Positions 23,576 through 36,275 of a stretch of 64,000 nucleotides of DNA are shown piece after piece (the first letter of the stretch is position 1; the number at the start of each line of letters is the position of its first letter). The stretch is from Eledone cirrhosa (lineage: Eukaryota), in contig OZ024758.1 of NCBI GenBank assembly GCA_964016885.1, positions 4,402,001 to 4,466,000 of the forward strand, written 5' to 3'. The notes under the pieces are model-generated. The model made no database searches and was not told where the DNA came from. It saw only the letters and a list, made by a program, of their open reading frames with translations. The position numbers were made by a program, and so were the translations under genes.

Positions 23576-25338
23576 TATTTGTGTATATATATATATATAT
23601 ATATAAGAAAAAGAAAGAAAAAGAAAAAATGATATGTCCCCAAGGGTGAAAGTATAAGGAAAAGAAATTGAAAATGCAACTGTTGTCTTTAAGAAAGAAT
23701 CAAAGTTATCTATCCTAAATTGGTAGATATTTCACATAAGTATGGACTGTTTTCCTTAAACTTTGAGTAATACCTGTGCATTGCAATCCTTTGAACGAAC
23801 ATTAAGTTATCTCTCCTAAATTGGTAAATAGTTTTTTGGGGCTTTGAGATTTATCTCCATTTCACCAGATTTAGCTGATATAAGATCAAATTCATTGCCT
23901 AGTCATTCCATATTTGCGTAAATTTATGACTACATAGTTAAATGCCCTTTATTATGCGTTATATGAAGGATCTAGGTTGCTATTTGAAGAAGGCCATGTG
24001 GAGAACTTTACCGACTGAATCAACCTCTAATGTGATCGATAAGCCGTTGTCGTTTCTGTTTACACAGAAATCAAACCTGACCTAGCGTATCTATGATCAA
24101 AGGTGTTTTAGATGCTACCATGTCATGGTAATTATTGTTACCTTGGACAACTTTATCTAATTTATTTTGTTTTCGTAGAAAGGTCTATCCGATCTAATGA
24201 CACTATAAAGCTCCCTTTGTTGTTTTACTTAATTTTTACACAGATACATGTCCTGAAAGGATGAAAAGAGATCCTGTATTGATGTATATGCGGATGGATG
24301 CTGAAATTAATGTTTAAATTAATGATTCAATAAGATTTTTATTCAATAAATTGGGACTGTCTGTTTCATAAATTGAGACAAGATAGTGACAAAAGAGGGA
24401 TCGATCGCTTTATATTAGGTTGTAATGTAGAAAACACTATGTTGTTTATCCCAGTATCTTAGTAAACATATAATCAAATAACATCCGGCTGTAACCAAAA
24501 CAATCTTCACTCATGTATGAGACATTCAGGACAACATTATCGACTGACTTTCTGCACACATGACCAGATCAACGTGAAATTTCAACGTGATTTGGCTGCC
24601 ATGTTTTTTCAAACCGAACGACGATTTACCTCTCTCTTTCGATACACTTAAAATCACATCTTCGACTGATATACTGTTTAGATATTCATAACGCTAACAT
24701 TGCAGTTACTATGGCAATGAATGCTTATTTTTAAGACCCTCTTGTGTATCCCTAGATAAATCAATTGCAGTATTTTGTACTATGTAATAGAATTATATTT
24801 GATGTTATATAAAGACAGATTACAGACATCCCTGTTTCTTACAACTTGTTAATTGTATACAACGCCTCACTAAATCCCAGGGGATTCATCTCATTCTTTC
24901 ATGCAAAATACGTGACTGTATGATTGTCATTTCACTTCCATTCAGGACAAATATGTATTGTTGTAATATTATATGTTTATACTTCCACCCCATTCCAGCA
25001 ATTGACGTGCTAAAGCTCAGGATAAATATTAACTGTATTAAAATTACTCAACCGGACAATTTCTACAGCGGAAAATGTATTGAAATTACTGATGTTTACC
25101 TTCGTATTAAATTTTATCATTTTTTTTTATAAACCTTTTATACTGTTGAACATTTATTTTTCTTGATACTGGGATCTCGCTGTTTACAATCTAAACCTGC
25201 TTTCTCTCACCAGAAACAGTAAACAATTCACGTACAACGTAAATATGTGGTACATGTAATTCAACTTAAACGATGCAGCCCCTAGAGTAAAGTAGAACTT
25301 TCAGTCAAAATTAAAAAAAGGAAATAAAAGCATATATA

Positions 25339-25619
25339 AACGGTATCCTAAAAAAATGTATGCACATTTCGATTACTTGTACAGGCAATTGCAGTATCGG
25401 TAGAGGGTCTAACGCCATGCTTTACAGCAAAGAGTTAAGACCCTTTATAGTCTGAGTTCAAATCCCGTCGAAGTTAACTTCTGCCTTTCATCCTTACGGG
25501 GTCGATAAAATAAAGCACCAGTAATACACTGGGATAATTGCTGACTTTGTGCCAAAAGTAGAAACAATTATTTATTAAAATGCAGTTGAAATGTGTATAC
25601 ATTTTTGGGGAACACCCTG
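25339..25619. mobile_element. Tc1/mariner-type MITE interrupted by SINE family 1 (~25396-25572, +)
   Basis: Left CGGTATCCTAAAAAAATGTATGCACATTTC and right GAAATGTGTATACATTTTTGGGGAACACCCTG|TA flank a SINE. Confidence 0.75.
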
Positions 25620-25679
25620 TATATGTGCTGGTGATTTTGTTGGATTAATAAAGCGATGAGTCACTTGTTAAATTGATGG

Positions 25680-26170
25680 TTAATGGCATCTGTTCACGGA
25701 AGATGTTATGAATTCTTAAATAGGTGGAGTAATACAGAGGATACTATGTTGATAGTTAATTGGATAGAGAAAGGCCTGGCTGATAAATATTTCAGTGCTT
25801 GAAATGTCTCATTTTTTTTTTCTGCTATTTCGTTGAGGGATATTCTTGCAAAATGTTCCCACATCCCAACGTCAGCAGCTAGGAAACCGCCGCAAGCCTG
25901 CCTAGCTAGTCAACTTGATTTAGAAGGAAATAAATAAACTCACCAGGCTGGATATCTTGTGTAATTTTATTCTTTGTCGTCCGGATTCATACTGACTATT
26001 CATATCACCAACTTTACTCCGATTGTCTTTACCATGCATCAAATGGACTCCTCCCCTCTACCAACCTCACCCTGACTCTCTTCATTGGCAACTCCAACAG
26101 GTTAGTCTAACTCAAGTGAAACCCACATAAACTCCGTGCATCATGTTTCAAATCAGTTACGCGATCCATT
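25680..26170 (-). mobile_element. Very old CR1-like LINE reverse-transcriptase remnant
   Basis: Minus ~26150-26040: MHG...TNLLE..RV..LVEG (cf. QHGF..TNLLEF..V..LDEG); plus ~25750: VNWIEKGLADK (cf. LxWIxxWLxDR). Confidence 0.3.
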
Positions 26171-26392
26171 ACTCGTTTTACCCTGCTTACTTTTGTAGAT
26201 CGAGTGATACCATTTGTACCTGATGATTGACTTTACAATCTCCTTCGTAAAAATATATTTCTAAATTAGAGCATCTTTGATCTTGTCAGGAACCACGAAA
26301 ATGGGTATAGCTTTTCTTTATGTAAAATTTTCCCATTTTACCTCATTTCTCACTTGTTTGGGGGCACTTTTTTAATGGTTCTCCCTGTTTGG

Positions 26393-26448
<56 letters not shown>

Positions 26449-26452
<4 letters not shown>

Positions 26453-26651
26453 GTAGAACACTGGAGGGTAATATCCGTAGTAGTAGAACACTCAGTCCAT
26501 GAGAAGAGTTTGGTAGAAGTAGTAAAACAACAGTTAGTTTATCATACCGACAACAATTGTTTCACTTTGCCGATATTCAGCTCGGTCCGACCTGAAGATC
26601 CGCAAGGTGAAACAATTGTTTTCGGTATATTGAATTAATTGCTGTGTTACT

Positions 26652-26656
<5 letters not shown>
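26449..26656. mobile_element. (TA)n-embedded foldback element with minimal HHR (26587-26625)
   Basis: Flanked by (TA)n on both sides; ~68-bp inverted arms 26517-26585 / 26587-26655; CCGAC-CTGAAGA-TCCGCAAGGT-GAAA-CAATTG-TT-(G/T)TCGG. Confidence 0.8.
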
Positions 26657-26710
<54 letters not shown>

Positions 26711-26927
26711 TATTTACGTATCGAGAGAGAGAAAAAAAGGGGAGGATAGGTGATACATATAGTTATTTGCCAAGTAGCGTATGCCAAAGGTGCTCGATAC
26801 TAGTGCCGGCATTATTAAATATTCGAAGTGTTAATATTTAGTGGGCTAGAGAGTTAGCAGAGCGTAAGCACGTGGGAAAGTGAAAAATCGGAGAATAGAC
26901 CGTTAAAACATGTTTATTTAAAATATC

Positions 26928-26965
26928 ACCTACGTACGTTTCGCCCAGCTGGGCTTCTCAAGGGC
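26928..26965 (-). ncRNA. Variant-core minimal hammerhead motif in a Penelope-like terminus (~26710-26970)
   Basis: Minus strand: GCC-CTTGAGAA-GCCC-AGCT-GGGC-GAAA-CGTACG-TA-GGT, then AATAAA and a run to (TA)n. Confidence 0.6.
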
Positions 26966-27448
26966 ATAAATAATCAAAAGTGTTCCTTACATTGCTCGGA
27001 AAGAGATTTTGGGGTTAAATCCACGTCAAGGTTCATTGCTCGCAAAAATAGCTTGTTTTGATTTTGCAGCAGGTCAAGGCTATATATACATATACACAGA
27101 CACAGGACAGCACATGTGTATTTAGATGTAGTTGTATACCTCTTATTTATGACATATCAGCATATCCCGTATCCCGTGATAATATCAGCATATCCCGTAT
27201 CCCGTGATGGTTACACATGCTGTGTATTCGTACTATCCGATAATCGCCTGCACACACAGCTATCATATTAGATTATATATTTAGACATATATATTAAGTT
27301 GATCAAAATTGTTCATGTCATATGCATCAATGTAATTACACAACTATCTCTTCATATATATGAGATTCCTTAAAAATAATTCTTATCATTAACATCTATG
27401 TTATCACAATTACATTACAACATTACACACTCAGTTCCTTCTCACAAA

Positions 27449-27798
27449 GCTGTATCATACGTTGCTGTATCATACGTTGCTGTATCATACGTTGCTGTAT
27501 CATACGTTGCTGTATCATACGTTGTTGTATCATACGTTGCTGTATCATACGTTGTTGTATCATACGTTGCTGTATCATACGTTGCTGTATCATACGTTGT
27601 TGTATCATACGTTGCTGTATCATACGTTTCTGTATCATACGTTGCTGTATCATACGTTTTTGTATCATACGTTGCTGTATCATACGTTGCTGTATCATAC
27701 GTTGCTGTATCATACGTTGTTGTATCATACGTTGTTGTATCATACGTTGTTGTATCATACGTTGCTGTATCATACGTTGCTGTATCATACGTTGCTGT
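27449..27798. repeat. 15-bp minisatellite (GCTGTATCATACGTT), ~23 units
   Basis: Direct periodicity; explains the AVSYV/QQRMI/LLYHT ORFs. Confidence 0.97.
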
Positions 27799-27876
27799 GT
27801 GATCTGATAATGTCTATACATTAACATACAAACATCACCAAACTATTAGGTTAGACTACTTACATGTGTGTATGTA

Positions 27877-27916
<40 letters not shown>

Positions 27917-28315
27917 AACAAGTATGACCCCGACGGCAGAGCTCAAGCTGGACACTACGGCTTAATACGGGATGTTTGTTTACAAGCACACCGAGCATTA
28001 TAATAAATATTCGGTGAATCCATACGTACATATATATAGGTGTGCATGTATGTATATATATACATACTATTGTATGTCTGTATACATATATGTATGTACG
28101 CGTCCATACTTATATATATATATATAATATATATATATATAATATATATAATATATCTATATATATATAATATATCTATATATAATATATATAATATATC
28201 TATATATATAATATATCTATATATATCTATATCTATATATATATATATATAATATATATATATATAATATATATATATATATAATATATATATATATAAT
28301 ATATATATATATAAT

Positions 28316-28349
<34 letters not shown>

Positions 28350-28390
28350 ATATATCTATATATATATATATAATATATATATATAATATA

Positions 28391-28426
<36 letters not shown>

Positions 28427-28489
28427 TGTTTGTAGCGTGGGACGTATTATCCGATGGATATCCCTTGTGATTTTAATTAATAATATGAT

Positions 28490-28675
28490 TGTTTCTACTT
28501 TAGGCACAAGGCCAGCAATTACCCAGTGCATTACTGGTACTTTATTTTATCGACTCCGTAAGGATGAAAGGCAAAGTCAACCTCGGCGGGATTTGAACTC
28601 AGATCGTAAAGGGACGTAACTATGCTGGAAAGCATGGCGTCCGACCCTCTACCGATACTGCCAATCCACCGCCTC
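28490..28675 (-). mobile_element. Young full-length SINE family 1 (short form) with 16-bp TSD
   Basis: TAATTAATAATATGAT at 28474-28489 and 28676-28691; A-box TGGCAGTATCGG and B-box GAGTTCAAATCC intact. Confidence 0.95.
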
Positions 28676-29276
28676 TAATTAATAATATGATGTTTTCTTT
28701 TAAGTGGTTCTTGTGCTGATGATCATTGAGTAATCCTATGATCAAAGATCAAAGTTTCTTGCATATATGAAACTTCATGAAACAATTCTTCTATTTTGTT
28801 TTAGACGTCATGTTAATATTTGTGGTCGATGTCGCTGCAATATCGTGTTAGTGGAGGGAAGGATTAAAGCTCTTCATCTCATGTATTCCATTTATATTAT
28901 TTATGTGTGCACTGTGACATGTAAAAGGTCGGTTAGTTCGTGAGTTCATGATCTTAAGGATATATGCTTTCATCTTAAGTGTTGTCGCATGGATCAAACC
29001 ATAAATATGTTTCGTGTAAGAACTACACATTATGTTAAATAACTGATATGATGTATTTGTACGATGTTATAGGAGGATAATGAGATTTGGGTTTCATGTG
29101 AAAGAAATGTGATATGATGCACGCTTTTTTGTGTCTGTTTATGTTGTGATATATGTATATATATAAAGGTTGTGAATCGTATCATATATATTGGATATTT
29201 TATATGATGGATCCAAATATTGATATTGTGTCCCCTGAGATATCTAGTATATTATGCACGTATGATATGACACATT

Positions 29277-29448
29277 ATCATCATCATCGTCATCGTTTAA
29301 CTTCCATCTTTCAACGTAGCATGGGTTGGACGGTTTGTCCCACTTGAGGCAAGATTGGTCGGGAGATCGTGTCTCGCTTGCACAGAACTGATTCTGGCAG
29401 GTTTTCTACGGCTGGATGCCCTTCCTAACACCAACCACATTTACAGTG
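29277..29448 (-). mobile_element. SINE family 3 3' part with (GAT)n tail
   Basis: Minus strand: GGTTGGTGTTAGGAAGGGCATCCAGCCGTAGAAA ... GTTAAACGATGACGATGATGATG. Confidence 0.7.
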
Positions 29449-29476
29449 AGAAAAACTTATATTATTGGATGTGTGC

Positions 29477-29655
29477 AGGTGGATTGGCAGTCTCAGTAGA
29501 GGGTCGGACGCCATGCTTTGCAGCAAAGAGTTACGGCCCTTTATGTTCAAATCCCGCCGAGGTTAACTTTGCCTTTCATCTTTACGGGGTCGATAAAATA
29601 AAGTACCAGTAATACACTGATCTAATTGCTGGCCTTGTGCCAAAAGTAGAAATAA
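29477..29655 (+). mobile_element. SINE family 1 (short form) with ~15-bp TSD
   Basis: TTATTG(G/C)ATGTGTGC at 29462-29476 and 29656-29670. Confidence 0.92.
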
Positions 29656-29721
29656 TTATTGCATGTGTGCTTTATAAGGCTGATGTATATATGTAGATTG
29701 TTTTATGGGTCATTGGTGACA

Positions 29722-29943
29722 AATAATGATTTCTAGTATAGGCACAAGGCCAGTAATTTCTGGGGAGGGGAAAGTCGATTGAATCGACCCCAGTACGTTA
29801 CTGCTGCTTTATTTTATCGGCCCTGTAAGGATGAAAGGCAAAGTTAATCTCCGTAGGATGTAAACTCAGACCGTAAATCACCGTAACTCTATGCTTCAAA
29901 GCATGATATCCTACTCTCTGCCGATACTCACAATCCACCGCCC
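29722..29943 (-). mobile_element. SINE family 1 (long form), full length
   Basis: Head, core, GTCGATTCAATCGAC segment and tail all present. Confidence 0.9.
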
Positions 29944-30857
29944 TACTGCTGAGTGAAATTGATATTTAAATTGATGCATGCGTGATATGATACGACGAAG
30001 GGGGGGAATTCATACGATATGTAATGTGGTGAATATTTTGCTTAAGCTGGGAAGTGGGGTGATCTGCGGTTGGTCTACAAAATGGCTCAGATAGTTTGTG
30101 TTTATCAACTCTGTCGGCCAATAACATTGAAACGTGTTCCTGTTGCGGCACGAACTCCACCGGATTGGGTTGGGTGTGAAAGCAAGAGCTCGGCGCTATA
30201 ACCGATGCAATATTTGGATTGCACTAACCTAAACTCTATATAATTTCGAATGAGCACCGCTTGTGAAACCAATCGCTTGAAGAATCTCCATTTAAATGAA
30301 CTTAAAACATTAATTCCTTCGATGGAGCCGGCTCATCCCACCCCGGGTGAAAGACGCCACGAGTACAAGTAAATGAGTTGAAATGGGGTTGTGTAATTGA
30401 TTTGTAATGTGATGGACCAGAAAATACTATCTATTTATAATGTGATGCAGTGTGATGTTATTAAGTTGTGATGTGGTGTAAATATTATAAAACACTATTG
30501 TGATGACGGGAATGATTGTGTGATGTGATAGCTGTCTAAACTCATAGAGGTTTGACATCTGGAATGAGAGATGAGCTGAAGCTGCGATGCGAATGATTAC
30601 TAAAGTAAGGAAGTTGAGATATGATAGATAAATGAACTGATAGAGATGTGAGCTCATAAGCTCTGATGTAAATAGAGGAGGATTGCAATTATGAATGCGT
30701 TGAATGATGAGTATTGATGATATGAAGGAATGAAATGATAACAGACTACGATCGATGACTGCGATAATACAGAGCTAGAACAGAGCAGATGTGTAATATG
30801 ATCGATTTGTTTTTTGCTAAGATATCTCTATAATCTGATGTATCATATATGTGATGA

Positions 30858-31030
30858 AGGCGGTGAATTAGCAGAGTCATTAGTACGTTGAATAGAATGC
30901 TTTATGGTATTCGCGCCGGCTCTTCAAATCCTGCCGAGCTCAACTTTGCCTTTTATCGTTTCGAGGTCAATAAAATAAGTACGAGTCTAGTACTGGGCTG
31001 GATTCTCTCTCTCTCTAGTACTGGGGTCGA
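30858..31030 (+). mobile_element. Older SINE family 1 relative
   Basis: AGGCGGTGAATTAGCAGA head, TTCAAATCC B-box, CTTTGCCTTTTATC core. Confidence 0.75.
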
Positions 31031-32286
31031 TTCTTCCTCTATATCTCTTTCTCATTTCCTCTCTCTCACTTTCTATCCTTCTTTGGAAGAAATTTGCTAT
31101 ATTCTGACCGGGGAGATGGATGGTAAGAGCTCTGTTGTCGCAGAAGAGAGTGGATCTGTGAAGGGGGAATATTGGGCTTTGGGTCTAAGGCAAGGGGAAA
31201 GAACTATTGCGCCCCGAGGACAGGACCGCAAAAGCATTCCCGCGGTCTATTTATTATTATTCATTTTCTCCTTTCTTTCCTTCCTTCATTCTTTCTTTTT
31301 TCCTTTATTTTATTCATGCCTCGTTTTATTTTCTATATTTTCATAACTAGCATGTGTAGTGTACATATTAATATTATACGCAAGTATATATACATGTGGA
31401 TATGATACATCGAATAAAATTGTAATTGTCAATATACAAAGAAATTGAAGAGAGACTGTATTACACCGTCTTCTGTAATCAGTAACGTAATCCATGATAC
31501 ATTTAAAAAAGACGGAAATATAAACCTTATATAACGATGCAAGTAAATGAACGTTTATATAAGCGATGTGATATAGCGTCCATTATATCATAAGCAGAAG
31601 AAGTGACATTTGAAAATTTAAAAAAATGAATCTTGAAATAAGCAATAAAATTATTTATATTTGATCAACAGCTACGAAATTTAGTACATAAATTATGTAA
31701 TATTCATTCATTATTTATTCAAAGTAATCCAACTTATTTTACTAACAGGATAAACAAAATATATTCAGGACACAGTCTTAAACTTCTCCCTTTATTATAT
31801 TATAATTCTATATTCCCATCTCATCTCTTTCTTCCAACTAATATTTCCAGTTTTATTCTTTCGCTTTACCTCTGTTTTTTCTTTCTTATTTTCTTTTATT
31901 TTGTGTCTTTTCTTCCCTACATTATTCTGCTCTCTTTCTTTTCCTTCCTTTCTTATTTTCGTTCACTTTTTCTATAATTCCTCGTTGCTAACTTTCTTCA
32001 TTTTATAGTTTCTTTTTTTCATACCAACTGCATTTCTCTTCATCTTATCGAAAATATTTTGTTTTCCTGTTTTCCTATCATAGAGTTTTCTTATTTTATT
32101 TTATTTCTTTCCTTTTACTTATATATATTTGTTTTCTTTCTTCTTTGCTTTCATTCCTACCATTCTATATTCCAGTCTTCTCTTTCAACAAAGTTGTCTT
32201 GTTTTATTTTACTAACCCTAACCCTTTCCACGATCTCTCCATGTCTCCCTCATTCTAATTCTCTCTCATTGACGATCTCCTTCTCC

Positions 32287-32325
<39 letters not shown>

Positions 32326-32823
32326 CCAAACAAACATATGTATGGGTGTATAAATAATTATAAATATATATATATATATACTTACATGCATACAAACAAA
32401 AACACACACACATACACACATACACAAACATACACACTCACATATATATGCATATATATATATATATACACACATACTTCAATCAGTCAATCACCTCGAC
32501 ATTCCAGATATTACTAAGTTCTATGTAGTTACAACGTACATAATCTAATGAAATCAACTTGGGATTTACGCTTAAGATCTAAGACTATTTGATCTAAGTG
32601 TAATAGTAAAATTAATAGGAAAAGAAAAGACCTTATTGGGCGGGAATTGAAAAGAAAATGACACTCAGTTAAAATCGCCTGCAGCAACAGACACCCATAA
32701 TAATTTACATGCAATGTGGTGTAAGGAAGTTAGCTATCACTAAGACCTTATCCAAGCTCCCTTTCCATTAGACATCTCTCTATTAAATACGACACGAACT
32801 ATGTGTTTTCGCTCGTTATTCTG

Positions 32824-32860
<37 letters not shown>

Positions 32861-33215
32861 GATATTCTTTTCCTTTAACATTTATTCTTTTCCTTTAACA
32901 TATTGTTTGGCATTTTTTTTCTGTAGAAATATTTTGGGGCTTTTTTACTTGTATTGTTTAGTTTTATTTTCTAGGGCAGCAACAAAGACGGCAGAGATGT
33001 AGTGTTAGTCAGAAAATATGGGACATTTCTCGAGGTTTTCTCTAATGAAAAATGCCTGCAAGTTATTTTATTTCTTAAACTTAATATTATCATGTTGTAT
33101 TGTCAACTACATTAATGTCTCTAGCACTCGTTAATAGAAACATTGACTCAAACATACACGCGGGCACAAAAATATTTACACTTGTGCACGTATATACATC
33201 CATAAAAAGCTCCCA

Positions 33216-33283
<68 letters not shown>

Positions 33284-33297
33284 CGCGCAGACACACA

Positions 33298-33333
<36 letters not shown>

Positions 33334-33334
33334 T

Positions 33335-33690
33335 TAAAAGGTAAACAGAAATAACAACACAATCGGTACAGTATATGGAAGGGATATATTAGACTAATTC
33401 TTGATATCGCAGGAAGAAGATCTTAACGTTACGGACGCTAGTCCTTCATCAGAAGAAAGAATGAAAAATAAGATAGATTGATGGGACGGAATTGGAAAAA
33501 ACTGTCTTCGCTTCAGAGCTGGCGGAGAAAAGATTTGAGACTGGGCGTATTGAAGGTACTAGGGTGGGAGTGAAACATAGGCGGGTGAGAAGAAGAAGGT
33601 GGTGTCAGAAGATTGTAGTAGAGGAAATGTGGTAGGGAGACGTGGAATATTTAAATGCATAAACAAAGAAAATTTCAATGATACGAAAGA
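33335..33690 (-). mobile_element. Penelope-like 3' end with minimal HHR (33421-33456), HHR family B
   Basis: Minus strand: TCTT-CTGATGA-A-GGAC-TAGC-GTCC-GTAA-CG-TT-AAGA (stems I and II perfect, GAAA changed to GTAA); ends beside (TA)n. Confidence 0.7.
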
Positions 33691-33694
33691 TTTA

Positions 33695-33910
33695 GTCGAT
33701 TGACTTTTGTTAATTCGGACCGAGGAAACAATTTTTCCATTGTTCTTTCCAATTGCTAATACTCTCTATCGGTCGCAACTCCAGATAGAAGGAGCAACGT
33801 GAAATAAAGACTCTTGCCCAAGGACATAACGTATCACCCGACCCCGGAATCGAACTCACAACCTCATGATGGCGAATCCAATTCTCTAACCACTCAGCAA
33901 TGTGCCTTCA
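33695..33910 (-). mobile_element. CORE-type SINE with alternative tail B
   Basis: tRNA head (GTGGTTAGA..GAGTTCGATTCC), CORE TCCTTGGGCAAGAG.CTTTATTTCACGTTGCTCC, then GGAGTTGCGACCGATAG tail also seen at ~13025-13100 (+). Confidence 0.75.
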
Positions 33911-33929
33911 TATATATATATATATGTAT

Positions 33930-34078
33930 CTCGGGTTCAATCGGAGGTAACCACAGTAAGTAAGGTACTCAATACATAGCAGAGTATAAATATTTAATAT
34001 AGAAATGGCTTCTATGACTAGGACTGTTTCATTCGAAGGAAATCATCAGGAAAGCCAGGCTTTCCTGATGATTTCCCT
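33930..34078 (-). mobile_element. Penelope-like terminus with HHR-like core and short terminal foldback
   Basis: Minus strand CTGATGA-TTTCCTTCGAAT-GAAA-CAGTC; perfect 19-bp arms 34038-34056 / 34058-34076; GTACTCAATAC motif; beside (TA)n. Confidence 0.55.
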
Positions 34079-35079
34079 CCCAGTGGCCTTCAATATTTGA
34101 TATTTTATTTTTATCCTTTTATATGTAACCTTTTTCTTTTAGTTTTTAGTTTTCTCTTCTTTTATTGTCTCACTAACTCTTTTTGATTACCAACTGTAAG
34201 GAGTACTCGATACTTCAACTAGTCGGTCATGTCTTACTAGCTCTATACGGACGTTTAAATTGAATTAATAAATAATAATACATACACACATGTGTTACGT
34301 GAGTATATCAGCTGTGTGTGTTTATATTATGTCTCTTGATTGATTGATGTTGCCTTTTATATCTGTGGTAACACGCATATATGCACATACCAACAACCAC
34401 ACGCACACAGACACACACAGACAGAGTCGCACACACATGTATACCCATACACATACACTGTTAAAAGACCTAACTAGAACGGTCAAAAACAAATATTTAA
34501 AGTCCAGCAATAATAAAAGATTCAGACACCATAATAATATATACATGATTCTCCCCTCCAATAAAACTTCAATAAAAAACGTCGCTAAAATAATTTCATG
34601 GAAAATATAAGACTCGCAACGTCTTCAAATATCGATAAAATTTGGAAATTTATTGATACAAATGAATCATAAAAAAACTAACAAGGGAATATTTGACAAA
34701 TCCATAGAAAATTAAAGTAAAATTGTAGCATAGTATGATTTAAAAGGAAAGCAATTCACCATATGCACAATTGTATACACTATGTAAGTATAGGTGACAC
34801 GCAGATGAAAAAATACAGACTCACATTCAAGTTATCTATCTATTGATCTATTTATGTCTGTCTGTACATCCGTCTGTCTATATATATAAGGAAATTCTCG
34901 GCGCACAAAATAATTAAAAAATGGTTGTAACGAAAAATTCTTTATAACGAGCTCGACTGAAACACATCGAGCGTTTCTGTGTTATTACCACGGGGATTGA
35001 AAAAAATTCGTTATACAGAAAAATTCGTTAAAATGATATTGGTTAACAAAATTTATAACACATGCAACCAGTATATAAG

Positions 35080-35339
35080 CAGCTAATTTGTTAGGTCCGA
35101 TGCCAATTCTATAGCCCCTGTTGTCTGAAGGTGGTCGGGATAACTATGACTAATAACATTCTTCGATAAACAAAATTCCACTCCCTCTCAGCGATTATTC
35201 TCAAGTTAGCCGGATAGGCTCGGATGCGCATGTCCACGCACACTACTCTTGAAACACTGCTTCATCCCATTTATAGAGTATTCCTGATTTTGTTGTCGCC
35301 CAGTCTCAAAACTACAAACTATCTCTCTCACGCTATCTC

Positions 35340-35377
<38 letters not shown>

Positions 35378-36275
35378 CTTATTAATATTTATTATTAGGA
35401 CAGATTAAATGGGTAAGCAAACAATTTCTGCTTTCACCCTAAAGATCTTTTCTGCTGAAATTTGGTGAATGTCTTCACTTACTACGACTACTGAGAGAGA
35501 GAGAGAGTAATATTTGTCTCTACATTCAATTCCATTTTGCATTAATAGTATGTTTTCTTTTTATTTTCCTACATGCTATTTTCAAGCCTGAGCAAATCCC
35601 TAATGTCTAGATCCGATATATAATACAGTTCTCTCAGCTGCCATATTGGGGTATCAGCTAGTTTGTTTCTGTTGTAGGACACTTTAATCTGAAGGTTAAC
35701 GTCTGGAAAAACTACGGAATACAGTTTCAAACATATAATGAACAACTTTCCAGTAAATACTGCTGGAAGCTTCCTCGTATTTGATCATTGCTGTTATCTT
35801 TACAAAGCAACGCAAGACATTTTTTCATTGATCGCCTCAATTACTTCTCCATTAGATGTGTTTATAATACCCTCAGGTTAAAAACTTGTTTAAGGCAATT
35901 TCGAGACGGCGTATCAGATATATCAGATGTAAAATCACAGATTATTACAACTTATGAAGACCACCGTGAAGAAAATAAAAATAAAATAGTTAGAGACGAG
36001 AAGAGAAGAAAGTAAGAAGAGGAGGGTTGCGGGAGAAAGACACGGGCTTTGAGAGGGGTATGAGACAAAATAAACGAAAGTGAGTGACATGAGGGGGCAG
36101 AAAAGTTTTAAATAAATGGAATATAAGGTGTAGTGCTATCTTCGCCTCACTGATTCTAAAGGAAAGATAGAATAACAAGATGATATGGCATGAACCGGTC
36201 ATGAAAACATTGACATCACAACTGAAATAACGTAGCAAGCGTAAACGATAAGTGGAACGATAATATAACATATTT
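35080..36275 (-). pseudogene. Decayed multi-LRR gene
   Basis: Minus strand in order: IIVPLIVYACYVISVVMSMFS*PVHAISSCYS (signal/LRRNT-like); CLKQVFNLRVL*; ~70 open codons SNTRKLPAVFTG..VFPDVNLQIKVSYNRNKLADTPIWQLRELYYISDLDIRDL; VVLRLGDNKIRN; CLSKNVISHSYPD. Confidence 0.6.

Noticed and set aside
27449-27798. Regular array suggestive of CRISPR or a repeat protein (also 3490-4113 and 53290-54118)
   Set aside because: Units are contiguous with no unique spacers, there are no cas genes, the context is eukaryotic, and the 15-bp arrays are open in several frames
28600-28675. tRNA genes at SINE heads
   Set aside because: A/B boxes are present but no cloverleaf is evident; always fused to the SINE body and tail
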